Shown piece by piece: positions 9,990 through 20,962 of a stretch of 64,000 bases of DNA. The notes under the pieces were generated by a model, which searched no databases, had not been told where the DNA came from, and was given only the letters and a program-made list of their open reading frames with translations. This stretch comes from Cyanidioschyzon merolae. Taxonomy: Eukaryota. Numbering within the stretch: the first letter of the stretch is position 1; each line of letters starts with the position of its first letter. The position numbers and the translations under genes were made by a program. The stretch is taken from the NCBI GenBank assembly GCA_000091205.1, contig AP006498.2, one strand, 5' to 3'.

Positions 9990-11317
9990 GATTAAAATGG
10001 CACGCTGAACGGCCCGCTCCGTTTCTCGTAAGCGATCTTTCTGGACTTTTTTTTGAGAAGCACAGCATTGGGATACGAAATGCAGCAATACGGGTTTATG
10101 GATGCATACGTAGTGCTGGGATGCTCAGTCGTGTTTCCAGAACGACTCTTTCCTTCGATGCTCCTATGCTCCGACGCACCGAAGCCGGAATTCCGTACAT
10201 CATCGGAACCAAGACAACATGCCACGCCCTCGAAAGAGGATTCATACAATAACCAATCGCTGCATCCAATCACGCCAACAAGCTTCCAGCGGCTCCGCCC
10301 GGTGTACGCCTGACATGCTCTAATCATGCATTCTTCGAGATGGCGATCGCTCTGTTCCGAGGCAACTCGTGGGTGCAACAATTCGCACCGCTGGGCTGAC
10401 GGGGAAATACACTCGATATCGTCGCTTGGCGACCTGTTCACAAGCTCATGCCTACGCTTCACTGCACTTGTCACGACAAATAATCGATGCCTTTCGAATG
10501 ACAAAGCCGCCCGCCTTTGTGGTCGTCGACAATATGGAACCTGGCAACAGTCTGATAACGTTCACAGCACATGCACCGAGAGGCTCCCCGCTCTTCTCCC
10601 TGCATTCAAAAGGGTCATGGACTAGACCTCGAATCACCGCAGCGGTCGCTTCCATTACACGATGCGTCACCGCGTAGCGCGAAGGGAGCGTAGACGCATC
10701 GAGACTGGACGGCCTCCTCACCAGCCTGGCTTTTCCATGCGGTCCTTGCTCCGTCATCGGGAACTCCGCGATCCAAAGTTCTAGTGTCCAGCAGAACGGC
10801 GTGCGCCGGCATGTGCACCAGAGCGAGTACTCGGCGAGGGCACTACCTCGAACGAGCCCGTGGTCACGGGCCACTGCACTGGGCTGCAGACCCGGAAGAG
10901 GCACCCACGGGAGCCTTCTCTACTCGTCCAGAGCGTACAGCGAGCGGTGAAGCGAGCGTTGCTCACGTGGCATAGCGAGGCGCTCTGAATAGGTGTGGTG
11001 GCGGACACTCGAGAACACCTGCTCACAGTCAAGTGGCACCGTTGCCGAGGGTACACCGAAGTTGCATAGAAACAAGGTGGAGACGGCAAGCGAGGCGTTC
11101 AACGCAACTACCGTCGGTGCAGCCATTGCATGGATAGCAGCTGGAAGCATCGAAGCCGGGACCCGGAAGCTGCCGTGAATATCTTTCGACTGCTGACAAC
11201 GGTTGTACAGGGAAAGGAGACGCCCGCGTTTTTCTATCCGGACTCAGGCGGGGGAAAACGAAGCAGTCTCAGAGAAGGTTCGAAAAACCTGACGTTGGTC
11301 ACAGTGGGAAGTGACCC
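9990..11317. repeat. Right arm of inverted repeat pair A (reverse complement of 6961..8291)
   Basis: See the left arm. The inner junction is at 9990/9991 (attaaaatgg) versus 8281..8291 (ccattttaatt). The outer junction is at 11317 versus 6961. Confidence 0.85.
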
Positions 11318-11709
11318 AGATTTACTGCGTACGCGATAGTAAGTAGACATGTTCCAGTTTAGGTCGATAAGGGTGTAAGGCACAGATACAGCGAATCTCG
11401 TGGAATACTACATGCGAAGGGCACCGCCTAGCGTACGCATGAGCTGCGCGTTGTACCCAAAACTGCAAAAGATTGCTCGCATGACTCAGATGCAGGTGCC
11501 TTGTCGGTAGGAAGTGCACATACGCGGCGTGCATGCGTCTCTTCTTGTCGTTGGCACGCTGCCAATGGCGGCTCTTGCATCACTGAGCACCTTCGACAGT
11601 TCGCTCGTACACGTCGTGCCCGAATAGAAATCTCGAAGCGCGAGGAGGACACGGTTCGGTGGTCGCTTTGAGGCGTGCACTGAGCGCCGCACCACAGCTG
11701 AACGCTGGC

Positions 11710-13191
11710 TTATGAGTGCGTCGCAGTGGACGCATCGCCGAAACGCTTTCGCGTCAACGGAATACCAGCTGCTCGGAGTACTCGCCGCATCTGGGTCGAA
11801 AGACCAAGCTCCTCCAGAGCTATCGCCCGTACCCAGCGACCTTGATCTCCATCATCCAGAAAGCATGGATTACCTGTAACTTCCACCCGAAACACCTGAA
11901 TATCCTGCCGAATATGCGTGAAGAGGTGCCGCACCATCTTTGGTATCGGGGTGATGGATACAACACTCAGCTTAAACGATTTCTGGGAATTGAGCGCTGC
12001 AGCAAGTTGTCTGAACACTTCCGATCCGGCCGCGCTCTCCCCGCCATCTTTCTCTTCCGGTTCGATGAATCCTTGCTGCGCTAGCGGATGCGGGTCAGCA
12101 TGGGGCAGGCGCTCCACCACGATGTTCGGTACCTCCCAGAGGCCACCAAGCAGGCCGTGCGAGGCGCGGCGTCTGACGTAATACAATGTCTCTGTGCTGT
12201 CTGACGCGGCATGAGGAGCAACAGAAGCGACCAACACGAAAGCTAAAAGCAGTTCTTGGCGAGCTCTGACGCGCGGCATATGACGTTGCAATTTCAGTTT
12301 TCCCTCGGAGATTTCCGCAACACCATAGGGCGTACTCTGCCGAACCGAAATGGGAAGCGCGGCCGCCCTGCAAAACTTCTGAACTGGGCACACCGCACAT
12401 GCCTCTTCTGTTACCTGTGCCGTGCACAGAGATCTCCCGAGGTCGAAAACAGCCTGGTTCCAGTCCCCTGGCCGGTTTGCATCCACGAGCTCCGAAGCTA
12501 CCGCTGCTAGGAGGCGCTTTCCATCTCCTTTCCACACGTTCGTGCAGCACATGCCAGCAAGGCGCGATACGACTCTCGTTGCGTTGCCATCGATTGCGGG
12601 AACCACTGCCCCGAACGCTATCGAGGCGATGGCGCTGGCAGTGTACACCCCAATACCTGGAACTTGTTCCAGATCCCGGACGGATGCGGGTATTTTGCCA
12701 CGGTTTTGTGCTACGATCCACTTGGCACCGGCGTGCAGCATCCGAGCACGGCGGTAGTATCCGAGGCCGGCCCACTGCTGCAACACCTCTTCCTCGGTAG
12801 CCGCAGCGAGCGCCTCAACGGTCGGAAAGCGTCGCATCCACTCCATGAAATACATCTCTACTGTCTTGACTCGAGTCTGCTGAAGCATCACTTCACTGAC
12901 GTAGACTTGGTAGGGATCGGGACGACCGCCCCGTTGGCGCCACGGTAACTGTAGCGCCTGGCTGTCGTACCAGCGCAAAAGTGCGCCCCGTAGCTGAGCA
13001 AGCTCTTCGAGGTCCCAAAGTCTCAGCTTTTCCGTAGCGAGGTGCTGGTGTCGAGCACTGCCACGCTTCGTGTGCGAGTTGAGCTGAACGTTGCGCTCTT
13101 TCATGTGAGCTGGAGCGGCTACCTTCTTGTGGCACAAGTTTGGTTTCAGAATGGACCCGCTTCGTCTAAGCGCACACACACTATAGGCCAT
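11710..13191 (-). CDS. MUTYH: Adenine DNA glycosylase MutY / MUTYH homologue (HhH-GPD glycosylase plus C-terminal NUDIX-like domain)
   Basis: There is a long collinear match to MUTYH by recall: LRWYDSQALQLPWRQ..YQVYVSEVMLQQTRVKTV..W..FPTVEALAAATEEEVLQQWAGLGYYRRARMLHAGAKWIV...VPGIGVYTASAIASIAFG...IDGNATRVVSRL. The helix-hairpin-helix GPD region is present, and so is a Cys cluster (CTAQVTEEACAVCPVQKFC) consistent with the 4Fe-4S loop. The C-terminal part is NUDIX-like. The start may be the internal Met at ~13107. Confidence 0.9.
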   Translation of the reverse strand: MAYSVCALRRSGSILKPNLCHKKVAAPAHMKERNVQLNSHTKRGSARHQHLATEKLRLWDLEELAQLRGALLRWYDSQALQLPWRQRGGRPDPYQVYVSEVMLQQTRVKTVEMYFMEWMRRFPTVEALAAATEEEVLQQWAGLGYYRRARMLHAGAKWIVAQNRGKIPASVRDLEQVPGIGVYTASAIASIAFGAVVPAIDGNATRVVSRLAGMCCTNVWKGDGKRLLAAVASELVDANRPGDWNQAVFDLGRSLCTAQVTEEACAVCPVQKFCRAAALPISVRQSTPYGVAEISEGKLKLQRHMPRVRARQELLLAFVLVASVAPHAASDSTETLYYVRRRASHGLLGGLWEVPNIVVERLPHADPHPLAQQGFIEPEEKDGGESAAGSEVFRQLAAALNSQKSFKLSVVSITPIPKMVRHLFTHIRQDIQVFRVEVTGNPCFLDDGDQGRWVRAIALEELGLSTQMRRVLRAAGIPLTRKRFGDASTATHS

Positions 13192-13776
13192 CAGACACGT
13201 AAGAATCTATACCAGTCTCATTGCGAGTGATTCTAGTTGCTGGTCGTGGGGCACTAGCTGCAGACCCCGTGAAGCGCGTGCTCAAAGCTGCTGCGTTTGC
13301 CGTAGAGCGTTGGCCGTAAACGTTCCAGTGAGGAAACATTTCTGGTCTGCGCAACGTGGCAAACGACGTGTGCTTTGTAGCGTGGGAAAGGGAGCCCTTT
13401 TTTCTTTGGTTCGTCAGGTGCTTGATCACCACAATCGTTCGTCTTTCGCGTCGCGGTGGTGGATTCATTTGGTCCGAGCGTTCGTACTGCACACACCGGC
13501 CATACCTGTTGTCGTCGCCACGAGCGAGAGGACACGGCCATCCGGGACTTTTGTTGGGGAAAGGGCACAAGTAAAGGCCTCCTTCTACCCTTATAGGAAG
13601 CAGGTTGCGGTGCTTCGGACCAATCGACTTGTGGTGTACAACCTGGGTTGCAGAGAGGGTGCTTTCTCGCTGCACAGCGAAGCAGTGCGGCGCTCAAACG
13701 AGGCGGGCAGCGTTCGCCGCAGCGGCAACGGCAGCGTCGCAGGGTGGCAGGCTCCGGACACGGCTCAGAGCGCGTA

Positions 13777-14589
13777 ATGGAGCCAGGCTCACCAGCGGGC
13801 GCGGGTGCTGAAGCCCCGGCTTTTTACAGTGAGCGCAAGCTCTCTAGAAAGCAGCTCAAGAAACTTGCAAAAGCTGAGCGAGAGTATGAGGAAGAGCGTC
13901 GCAAAGAACTAGAGGCTGCTCAGGCTGTGGATACCGCTCAAAAACGCGAGCTCGCTCGTATTGAGTCGATTCTCCGGACCCATGCTTTACGAATGGAGTA
14001 CGTGGAACCCGATGGTCACTGCCTCTTCCGAGCACTCGTTCGGCAACTTCGCCCTCTCATTCAGTCGGGACTTTTCGACACATACTTCCCTGCGGCGGAT
14101 ACAGAGACGCGCAGCGCTCTCTTGACCTGGAGCACGATTCCTGATGAAATGGAGGCGGTTTGGTTGTTGCGGAAGACGCTGGCCTCGTTCATTCGTCGTC
14201 GGGGAACCGAGTTTTTCCCCTTCATCGTCGGTGAGTTGGATCCCCAAGGAACGCTTCTCGACGCTAGTGACGATCCAGCAGAGCGTGTCGCGCAGTACTG
14301 CGCTCGACTCGAGGATGGAACGCTCTGGGGAGGCCAGCCCGAACTCCAAGCGGTCGCGCTCGCCCTGCGGTGTCGCGTTTTCGTCTTTGCCGACCCAGAG
14401 ATTCTACCCAATGGGATGCTCGTCATGGGGGCCGATGACGCATCCACAGACACTGGGGCAGAATCCGTGACAGCGCTTCGGGTATCCTTCCACAAGCAAT
14501 TCTTCTCTCTAGGCGAGCATTACCATGCGGTGGTTCCAGCGGATGACTCCCGCGGCGACGCCCGGGATCCCAGGATATCAGCATCGTGA
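13777..14589 (+). CDS. OTU-domain deubiquitinase, OTUD6-like (N-terminal coiled coil plus OTU cysteine protease)
   Basis: The Cys box is DGHCLFRALVRQL (OTU consensus DGNCLFRA) and the C-terminal His box is GEHYHAVVP. The N-terminus is a Lys/Glu-rich coiled coil (KKLAKAEREYEEERRKELEAAQ), as in OTUD6. The ORF track starts at 13648. The Met at 13777 (MEPGSPAG...) is the more plausible start, since an in-frame stop-free GC-rich extension lies upstream of it. Confidence 0.75.
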   Translation: MEPGSPAGAGAEAPAFYSERKLSRKQLKKLAKAEREYEEERRKELEAAQAVDTAQKRELARIESILRTHALRMEYVEPDGHCLFRALVRQLRPLIQSGLFDTYFPAADTETRSALLTWSTIPDEMEAVWLLRKTLASFIRRRGTEFFPFIVGELDPQGTLLDASDDPAERVAQYCARLEDGTLWGGQPELQAVALALRCRVFVFADPEILPNGMLVMGADDASTDTGAESVTALRVSFHKQFFSLGEHYHAVVPADDSRGDARDPRISAS

Positions 14590-14950
14590 ACCGAGCATTG
14601 CAAACTCTGAATGCCTCGGGAAGGATGCGGATATCACGGGTTTCTGGCGGACGGTCTTCCCATCAGCAGAGCATTCTGCAGCGAATTTCGCTCATGAGCC
14701 TCTGGATAGAACGATGCGCGTCACCCTTGCTCGATCAAGATGCTGAGCGAGAGCGCCTTTTCAGCGTACTACCGAGAGATCGCCACGTCAGCGAGTAAGT
14801 TTGTAGCCCGGATAGCACTGGAAAGCAGCCTCCATGCTACTCGCGTACGTCGTGCGCTAGCCGTTAGGGTGGGTATCCTGGACCGTTCCGCACGCTATGT
14901 GCAAGCGGTACGACGCAGGTCACAAGTGTGTCCTCGTCGCGAAAAAACAT

Positions 14951-16075
14951 TCAACTGCGCTGCTCCTCTGATGTTGTTTGAAGAACGCGCCCTCGCAGTT
15001 GCAGAGAACGCCAGGTTTGTTCGATCATGCAGAGAGCTGCCTCGAACTCGACCGTCGAACGAAATTCCCCAAAAATATAGCTTTGATCCTCACTGGTTAC
15101 GAGTCGCAGGTTCATCCCCTTTCCCCGTTGTACTTTTGTCACGTCTTGCAGCGCAAGCAGGAGACGGATCGGCTCGTGTCGAATGAAGCTCGGACGAATA
15201 TCGGTCTCGTAGGACGTTTCGTCAAACATGCGAGCAGCATCCATACTACTGAGGAAAGCCACATGCGTTTTTGTGATAAACAGACGTCCTGGTAGAAGGT
15301 AACGACGCTCCGGTGTGAGATCGTTGTGACTACAACGATAACGCTGAACAAGCGCTACGCGAAAAGCATCGACAACTCGTTGGGCTCGGGTTGTGTCATG
15401 TTCGGCATCAGGCGCGCCCTCTGGACCGCCTGTGTCTCGTTGCTCCGAAGCTCCTAATTCCCGGCTTTCTTTCTGGGCAAAATATCGCTCAAAGAGCTTC
15501 TGGAAACATGCTGGATCGTTGCTCTCGAGGAGTGCAGCGAACGCAGCGTCCGCGTCGACAACATCAGAAGAGACCACTGAGTTTTTTGACTCTCTTGCGG
15601 GTTCCAAGAAGCGATATCCTGATTCGTCTAAGTTCATATGCGCGGAAACGAAGTTTGAGAAGGAGCGCCACGAGTCCAGCAGGCTGCCAGAAGCGGCCTC
15701 ACCGGGGTCGGGCGGTTTATGCTCACCGCGTTGCTCGCTCGAGACACTCTCACTCGTTGTATGCTGCTCCTCATAAAGCGTGCCAACAAGCGTACTGAGC
15801 TTGCTCAAACGTTTCCGCAACTCCAAGGAGGCGTGTTCTAACGTCTCTTGCGCTTTACGGGCGGCGTCCTCGAGTCGCTGGTTCAGCTCCGCTTTCGACG
15901 TGGCCGAGTTTGTACTGGAGTCGACTGCTGGCACGACACTTGTCAGATGCTGAATCGCTTCCTGTTCTTCAGTATCTTCAGCGGACTTGAGTGCCTCTGC
16001 GTCCGACGGTGCTGACGACGTCATGTTCGGGTAAGAAAACCCGTTCGCGTAACCTGTTCCTCGAGCCGCCAGCAA
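14951..16075 (-). CDS. GRAM-domain-like protein with acidic/Ser-rich N-terminal half
   Basis: The C-terminal segment RYLLPGRLFITKTHVAFLSSMD...IRPSFIRHEPIRLLLALQDVTKVQRGKGMNLRLVTSEDQSYIFGEFRSTVEFEAAL follows the GRAM pattern (G.L[YF]IT...[IV].F.S... then ...Y.F). The rest is low-complexity. It is convergent with the OTU gene. Confidence 0.4.
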   Translation of the reverse strand: MLAARGTGYANGFSYPNMTSSAPSDAEALKSAEDTEEQEAIQHLTSVVPAVDSSTNSATSKAELNQRLEDAARKAQETLEHASLELRKRLSKLSTLVGTLYEEQHTTSESVSSEQRGEHKPPDPGEAASGSLLDSWRSFSNFVSAHMNLDESGYRFLEPARESKNSVVSSDVVDADAAFAALLESNDPACFQKLFERYFAQKESRELGASEQRDTGGPEGAPDAEHDTTRAQRVVDAFRVALVQRYRCSHNDLTPERRYLLPGRLFITKTHVAFLSSMDAARMFDETSYETDIRPSFIRHEPIRLLLALQDVTKVQRGKGMNLRLVTSEDQSYIFGEFRSTVEFEAALCMIEQTWRSLQLRGRVLQTTSEEQRS

Positions 16076-18384
16076 CGCTCGTAAGCCGGTACACCCGGGA
16101 GCACTGAATATCGGAATGCCTGCACCGCCACACCCGTTTTTATTTTGTTTGTTTGTTTTTCTTGCAGGTATTCAACATAAGCGGTTTATTGTGTGGATTG
16201 AGGCAAAGTTGCTGGGAGAATTTATGCTAGCGTTCATAGCTTGGGAACAACCGCCTTACTTGGACGAAGTCAGTCGAGATTCGGTCAGCAGCTGAATGAA
16301 CCAATCCACCACCAGTACGTATTCTGAACATCGTGCATCCAAAACAGCACAAGTCAAACGCTATCAAGATGCATATATCCTGGTGAATCCATCATGCTAC
16401 GTACATTGTTTGCGCAATATTATCAAAGACGCTACAGAAAGTAACTTATCCGTGCCTTTGATACAAACGTGGATGAAGAGATACGGATGGACAGCGGAAA
16501 GCCCGCGCTGCGATTCGAGACGCTCGCGCACCCAATCACGGACAATCACGTTCGGTACCGAAACGCGAACGCTTCCTACATGAGCGACCGGATTTCGTGT
16601 CAGTCGCCAAGACTTCATTCAGCAGCTGTGGTAGACCTGTATATGAGCACGCTATGGCGGGCAAACCGCTTCCTGGAAGAAGAGACATGCGAGCATGACG
16701 ACAATATCAGCCCTGGCGGCGATGCTCTTGCCTGGTCGCCTACGAATCGTAACACGGACATGATCGTCCAGTGGGCCATGCTTCGTCGGACCACGTTCCG
16801 TGGCTTCTTCTTCTCACATTTTTCTGCCCGTCTCGTAGATAACGTCACTATCCATCACGCCAGTGCGGTTCCGGAGCATGTATCAGGCAGTAGCACTGAG
16901 CTGCTCTTCGTGTGAGTCTGTTCGTCCTGGTGCAATGCAGCCGAGTGCGTCTTCTCTGTTCTAGAACTGTCTTTTTTCCACTCGCCAATCAATAGACTAG
17001 TCGTTCGCATCCATGGCGCGGAAAGATGCAGGACGTCACAGAGGTTCACATAACAACGGATTCGAACAATGCTCGCCTGGTTTCATTCGCCTTGAAGCAT
17101 CCCATCAAGTATCTGTTCGTACGAGTCCCGGACGCAGGGCAACCGGGCGTCCATATTTCTCTGGAGTTTTTCCATCAGGAATTCGTGTGACAACGCAAGG
17201 GATGCTCAGTGCAGGGGATTCCATGCGGACTGATCCTAAGGATAGAGACATGCACACACGCTTCCTAAAATACTCGGACGCGTCTCCGTGCCATCTCGGG
17301 AATGGAAACGTCTCTAGAGCAGGTGCCAAAGAGTATGAAACGATCCTCAGAATCCAAAACAATTTGCGGGCCAACGTCGAGCGCTCCATGGTGCACATCC
17401 TGTGGACGTTGTACTGTTTTGTTGCCTCACTTTACTGGCCCAGAGAAACAGAAACGGATGGGATAGGTTCCTGAAGTCTGGACCGGAGCAAGTGACAAGC
17501 TGCTGGTGACGGAGCAGCTGGAGCTGCAAGCAAGTTCGGAGCACATGTCGTACCGAGAGCGAGAATCGCCTCTGTTCTGACAAGCTCATCGTGTTGAGCC
17601 CGGACTCGGTTCGACAGACGTCGTATGCAAAGCACGGCTGAAACCTAGTTTCTGCCTTTCTTCATGTTGCGCTACTACGTTTTCGTGAACAGATCCCTAC
17701 ACAGCAAAGCAGATATGCCCTCCGAATCGGAACGAGCTGACCGTTTGATGCGCCCCTGCCACGCAGTCCACATACACCTCATGAAAGCGCATGAAATTGC
17801 CCTAGACATTTGCGTAGTGTGCTTCATGGCCTTCTCGGTGCGCTACGCATACTCTCGGCGAACGCGTATTAAGCATTCGCACTACCTTGCGAGGAGCATT
17901 GGCGGGGCTCGTTCATGATTAACCGTTTGCAGGGAGGATATGGACAGAGGTTCATAGGATCCATAAAAACCTACGGACCATCAGTCTCACTGCACGCTGT
18001 GAAACCCAGGCATGAGTCGAGCAGCGAAACGTACTTTCATTTGTTCAATGTAGACGAAGAGAAAGATAAGGCAGCGGGCATGGGTCCCGGTTTCAAGAGT
18101 ATCGTGGCCATTGCGGCAGCTCTGTGCCAAGACGACAGCGCCAAAGATCCGAAAGCACATGAAGGTGGTTGGCTTTGTCAGGCTGAAGCACGATCGGCAT
18201 TCATGCATGATAGACGCCAGGAGGCACACCAGCAAGCGGAATGACTTCATCAGCGCTTGCCTCAACGCTCTGAGCAATGAATCGGGCGGCGAGGGAGTTC
18301 TCTCTACACCTCTTTCTGAGAGAATAAGCGCGTCGAAACTGCTCTCGCGAAAGATCTTTTGTGCGATTACGTGAGATACCCGCG

Positions 18385-18650
18385 AGATTTGCCAACGGTT
18401 TCGGCTGCACGGAGCCTAGAGACAGGCATTCGCCGAGTTTTCCAGTCAGCTGCAAAAGGAAATGACCGATCAATCGCGTCGTTTGGTGCTAGCCTATGCC
18501 GCTGGACATGCTGCAGCGTACAATAGCTGCACTGGTGCTCCTTCGACAAGCGCGCGCACCAAGTACAGGAATCGACTCTGAACGAGTACCGTCAATGATT
18601 TCACGACGATTTAGGCGCATCACGACCACGGGTGTACACCAAAAACCTGC
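18385..18650. repeat. Diverged single-unit copy of the element that carries the 93-bp minisatellite at 37075..37740
   Basis: Hand alignment of gccaacggtttcggctgcacgg...gaaatgaccgatcaatcgcgtcgtttggtgctagcct...gtgctccttcgacaagcgcgcgcacc...gatttcacgacgatttaggcgcatcacgaccacgg against 37075..37330 (gccaacggtttcgtttcgaaggggctgcacgg...gaatatgaccaacgagttgcgtcgtttggaggtagcct...gtgctccttcgacgcgcgcgtgc...gatttccatcaatgcattcaggaggataaacgggcatcacaaacatgg) gives roughly 70-75% identity over about 250 bp. Confidence 0.55.
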
Positions 18651-19900
18651 ATAGAAGAAGAGAGTGAAACAGAGCCGCATCCGCCGGGTTGTGTAGGCAA
18701 GTTGAACTAACGTCGGTTAGGGAAGCAATCAAAGGTGCAAGTCGTGCTTTGGTACGCCTCCGCAAGCAACCATGCCCGCGAGCATGCTCTGCACGGAGAC
18801 TTGAAAGCCTGGATCAACATCCGGAAATATTTCGTGGATCTGAAGCATTCAGCGGCATTGTTTGGAGCAAACTTGTCACGAGAATATTGAGTACTCTTTG
18901 TTCGCATCATGCTGAAATACGGAAGACTTTCGCTGAGATGAAAACAGCACCCAGTCTACGAAGCATTGGATTCCAGCCCAGAAGAAGGCACAGGACCGGA
19001 ACGGTACGGTAAAGGCAAGCACTCTAGAACGGTTGCAGCGCTGCACAAATGTACACCGAGAACAAGTTCACTGCGCGATTGTTGAACGATGACGATATCC
19101 CATGATTCGGTATAAGTGAGCAGGTACTGGCGTGGAGCTCCCTGGCCCTCGAGGCTGTTCTTTCGCGTCTACGGCTTCCATTGTGACGACGCTGGAACCA
19201 TGCAGAACATTGTACTCGTGTTCCCAACAACACTTGTCAATCTACAATGGGCGGCTCATGCGTGTGGAACTGTTGCTGGGGTCGGAACGCGACCTGCGCC
19301 AGTCCAATGGTCTGCGTCGAGGCGACGCTGCCGGCACCCGGGACGAGTACGATCCGCCTCCGGCAAAATGGTTCTTCGCTTTGAGGCTGCTGAGAGACAC
19401 CACCAGCGGTCGTGAAGATCGTAAGGCTCCGTGCTGCGTTCAATATACGGCACTGAGAGGTGTTTTCGGGGGGTCAGGTGAACAAGTGCAGTTTTTGGAA
19501 GCGCGCTGACGACTGGAAACTGCTGTCCGACCCGTTTGTCGGAGCGAAGAACGCTGGTTGTGGCAGCCTTTCTGAGACTCGCTGGGCACCGCTACCGGCA
19601 ATGAAGCCACTTCTCGTTGCGTGGTGCTCTCAGCGGCCAGCATGGGTGTCTAGCGTCACAAGTTTGAGGCCTGTGTACTCTTCCGTAGATACGCGATGCG
19701 GTGCGTGCTGCCGAACTCGACACCGGCCACAGCGCGTACGACGATTGCGGAACAGTTGCAGGTCACGTGTGGTCGCCTCGGGCACCGAGGCTTCGGATCA
19801 CTCGCCAACTGGAGAACTGAAGCTCTCGAAACGATCGGGCGTTCGTGGACGGGTCTTTCTGTTGGCGGTGCCTTTCATCTGGTCCACATATTCTCCGAGC

Positions 19901-20962
19901 ATGCGGTTCCTATTCCAGTTATCGGACGTGCCGCCTTCAGCGGCTCTCCTCAACCTGGGCCCAGCACTCTGCGGTGCACTAGGTTTTTTGGTTCCGATTC
20001 TCATGAAACTCGGCGGGCGATCTGCTTCGGCTTGGGGTCGCTCGGGAACGAGTGCAGCGGGTGGAGGACGAAGCGCACTTCCCTTCTCCATACCGCACTT
20101 TCCTGCTGGATTCGCGGTCGGCATCGAGCTCGGAGTCTACATGTTTCTTGGGACTGTTCTGCAGTTACTTGCACTGCGCTTTAGTCCGGCATCCCAGGTG
20201 GGTTTCCTGCTCCAGACAAGCGTCGTATTCACAGCACTTCTGCAACGATTCTGGGCGTCTCGGGCAGCTTCGGCCAAAAGTTCGCAAGACTTGCGCCAAG
20301 GCGCGGCGATCGCATGTAGCCTGTGTGGGACCACTCTGCTCATTCTCGACGATGATCCGGATATGTTTCGGAGAATGCTCAGCGGCCTGGGGCTTGCGAG
20401 TAAACCCGCTCTGCATCCGGGAATTGCGTTCATCGAGGGATGTACGCCGCTGTCTGCGAAATTGGCAGGTCAGATAAGTGCTCTGGCGGCCGCTGTGCTC
20501 TATGCACTGTTCACTATACGACTCTCAAGTGAACGGGTGCGCAAAAGCGATGCCATTACAGTTGCTTCCGTGAAAACCGCAACACTGGCCGTGCTCTCGC
20601 TGATCTGGTACTCTATGCGCGCTGACTGGCAAATGGATGCAGCGTTTTTCCACCGCGCAGGTCAATCTGGTTTAATTGCGTACATTCTGAGTACGATTTG
20701 GAACGGTATTTTCGGGACAGCACTAACGACCTGGTTGCAGGTAAAGGGCCAAGGGGCCGGTCGCGTCTCTCCTACAGAGGCGGGTATTGTGTACGCAACA
20801 AGTCCGCTCTGGGGTGCGTTTATCTCGGTAACGCTGCTCCAGGAGCGAATGGGATGGCTTGGTTGGTTCGGCTCAGCGCTCATCCTCAGCAGTGTGGTGT
20901 TAATGAATTTGCGCCAATCTGACGCAACGTCGAATGCGAACGAATCCAAGTCTGCATCATGA
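19901..20962 (+). CDS. EamA/DMT-superfamily multi-pass membrane transporter
   Basis: There are about 10 hydrophobic helices. The C-terminal half matches the EamA pattern (LAVLSLIWYS...GLIAYILSTIWNGIFGTALTTWLQVKGQ...VSPTEAGIVYATSPLWGAFISVTLLQERMGWLGWFGSALILSSVVLMNL). The ORF track starts at 19460, but the first ~147 aa look non-coding. The Met at 19901 (MRFLFQLS) is the proposed start. Confidence 0.5.
   Translation: MRFLFQLSDVPPSAALLNLGPALCGALGFLVPILMKLGGRSASAWGRSGTSAAGGGRSALPFSIPHFPAGFAVGIELGVYMFLGTVLQLLALRFSPASQVGFLLQTSVVFTALLQRFWASRAASAKSSQDLRQGAAIACSLCGTTLLILDDDPDMFRRMLSGLGLASKPALHPGIAFIEGCTPLSAKLAGQISALAAAVLYALFTIRLSSERVRKSDAITVASVKTATLAVLSLIWYSMRADWQMDAAFFHRAGQSGLIAYILSTIWNGIFGTALTTWLQVKGQGAGRVSPTEAGIVYATSPLWGAFISVTLLQERMGWLGWFGSALILSSVVLMNLRQSDATSNANESKSAS

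Noticed and set aside
19460-19900. N-terminal 147 aa of ORF 19460..20962, and similar 5' extensions of 13648..14589, 25871..28078 and 54185..57250
   Set aside because: The extension sequences are non-hydrophobic or low-complexity and unlike the conserved portion. An internal Met precedes the first conserved or TM segment. GC-rich DNA simply lacks upstream stops.
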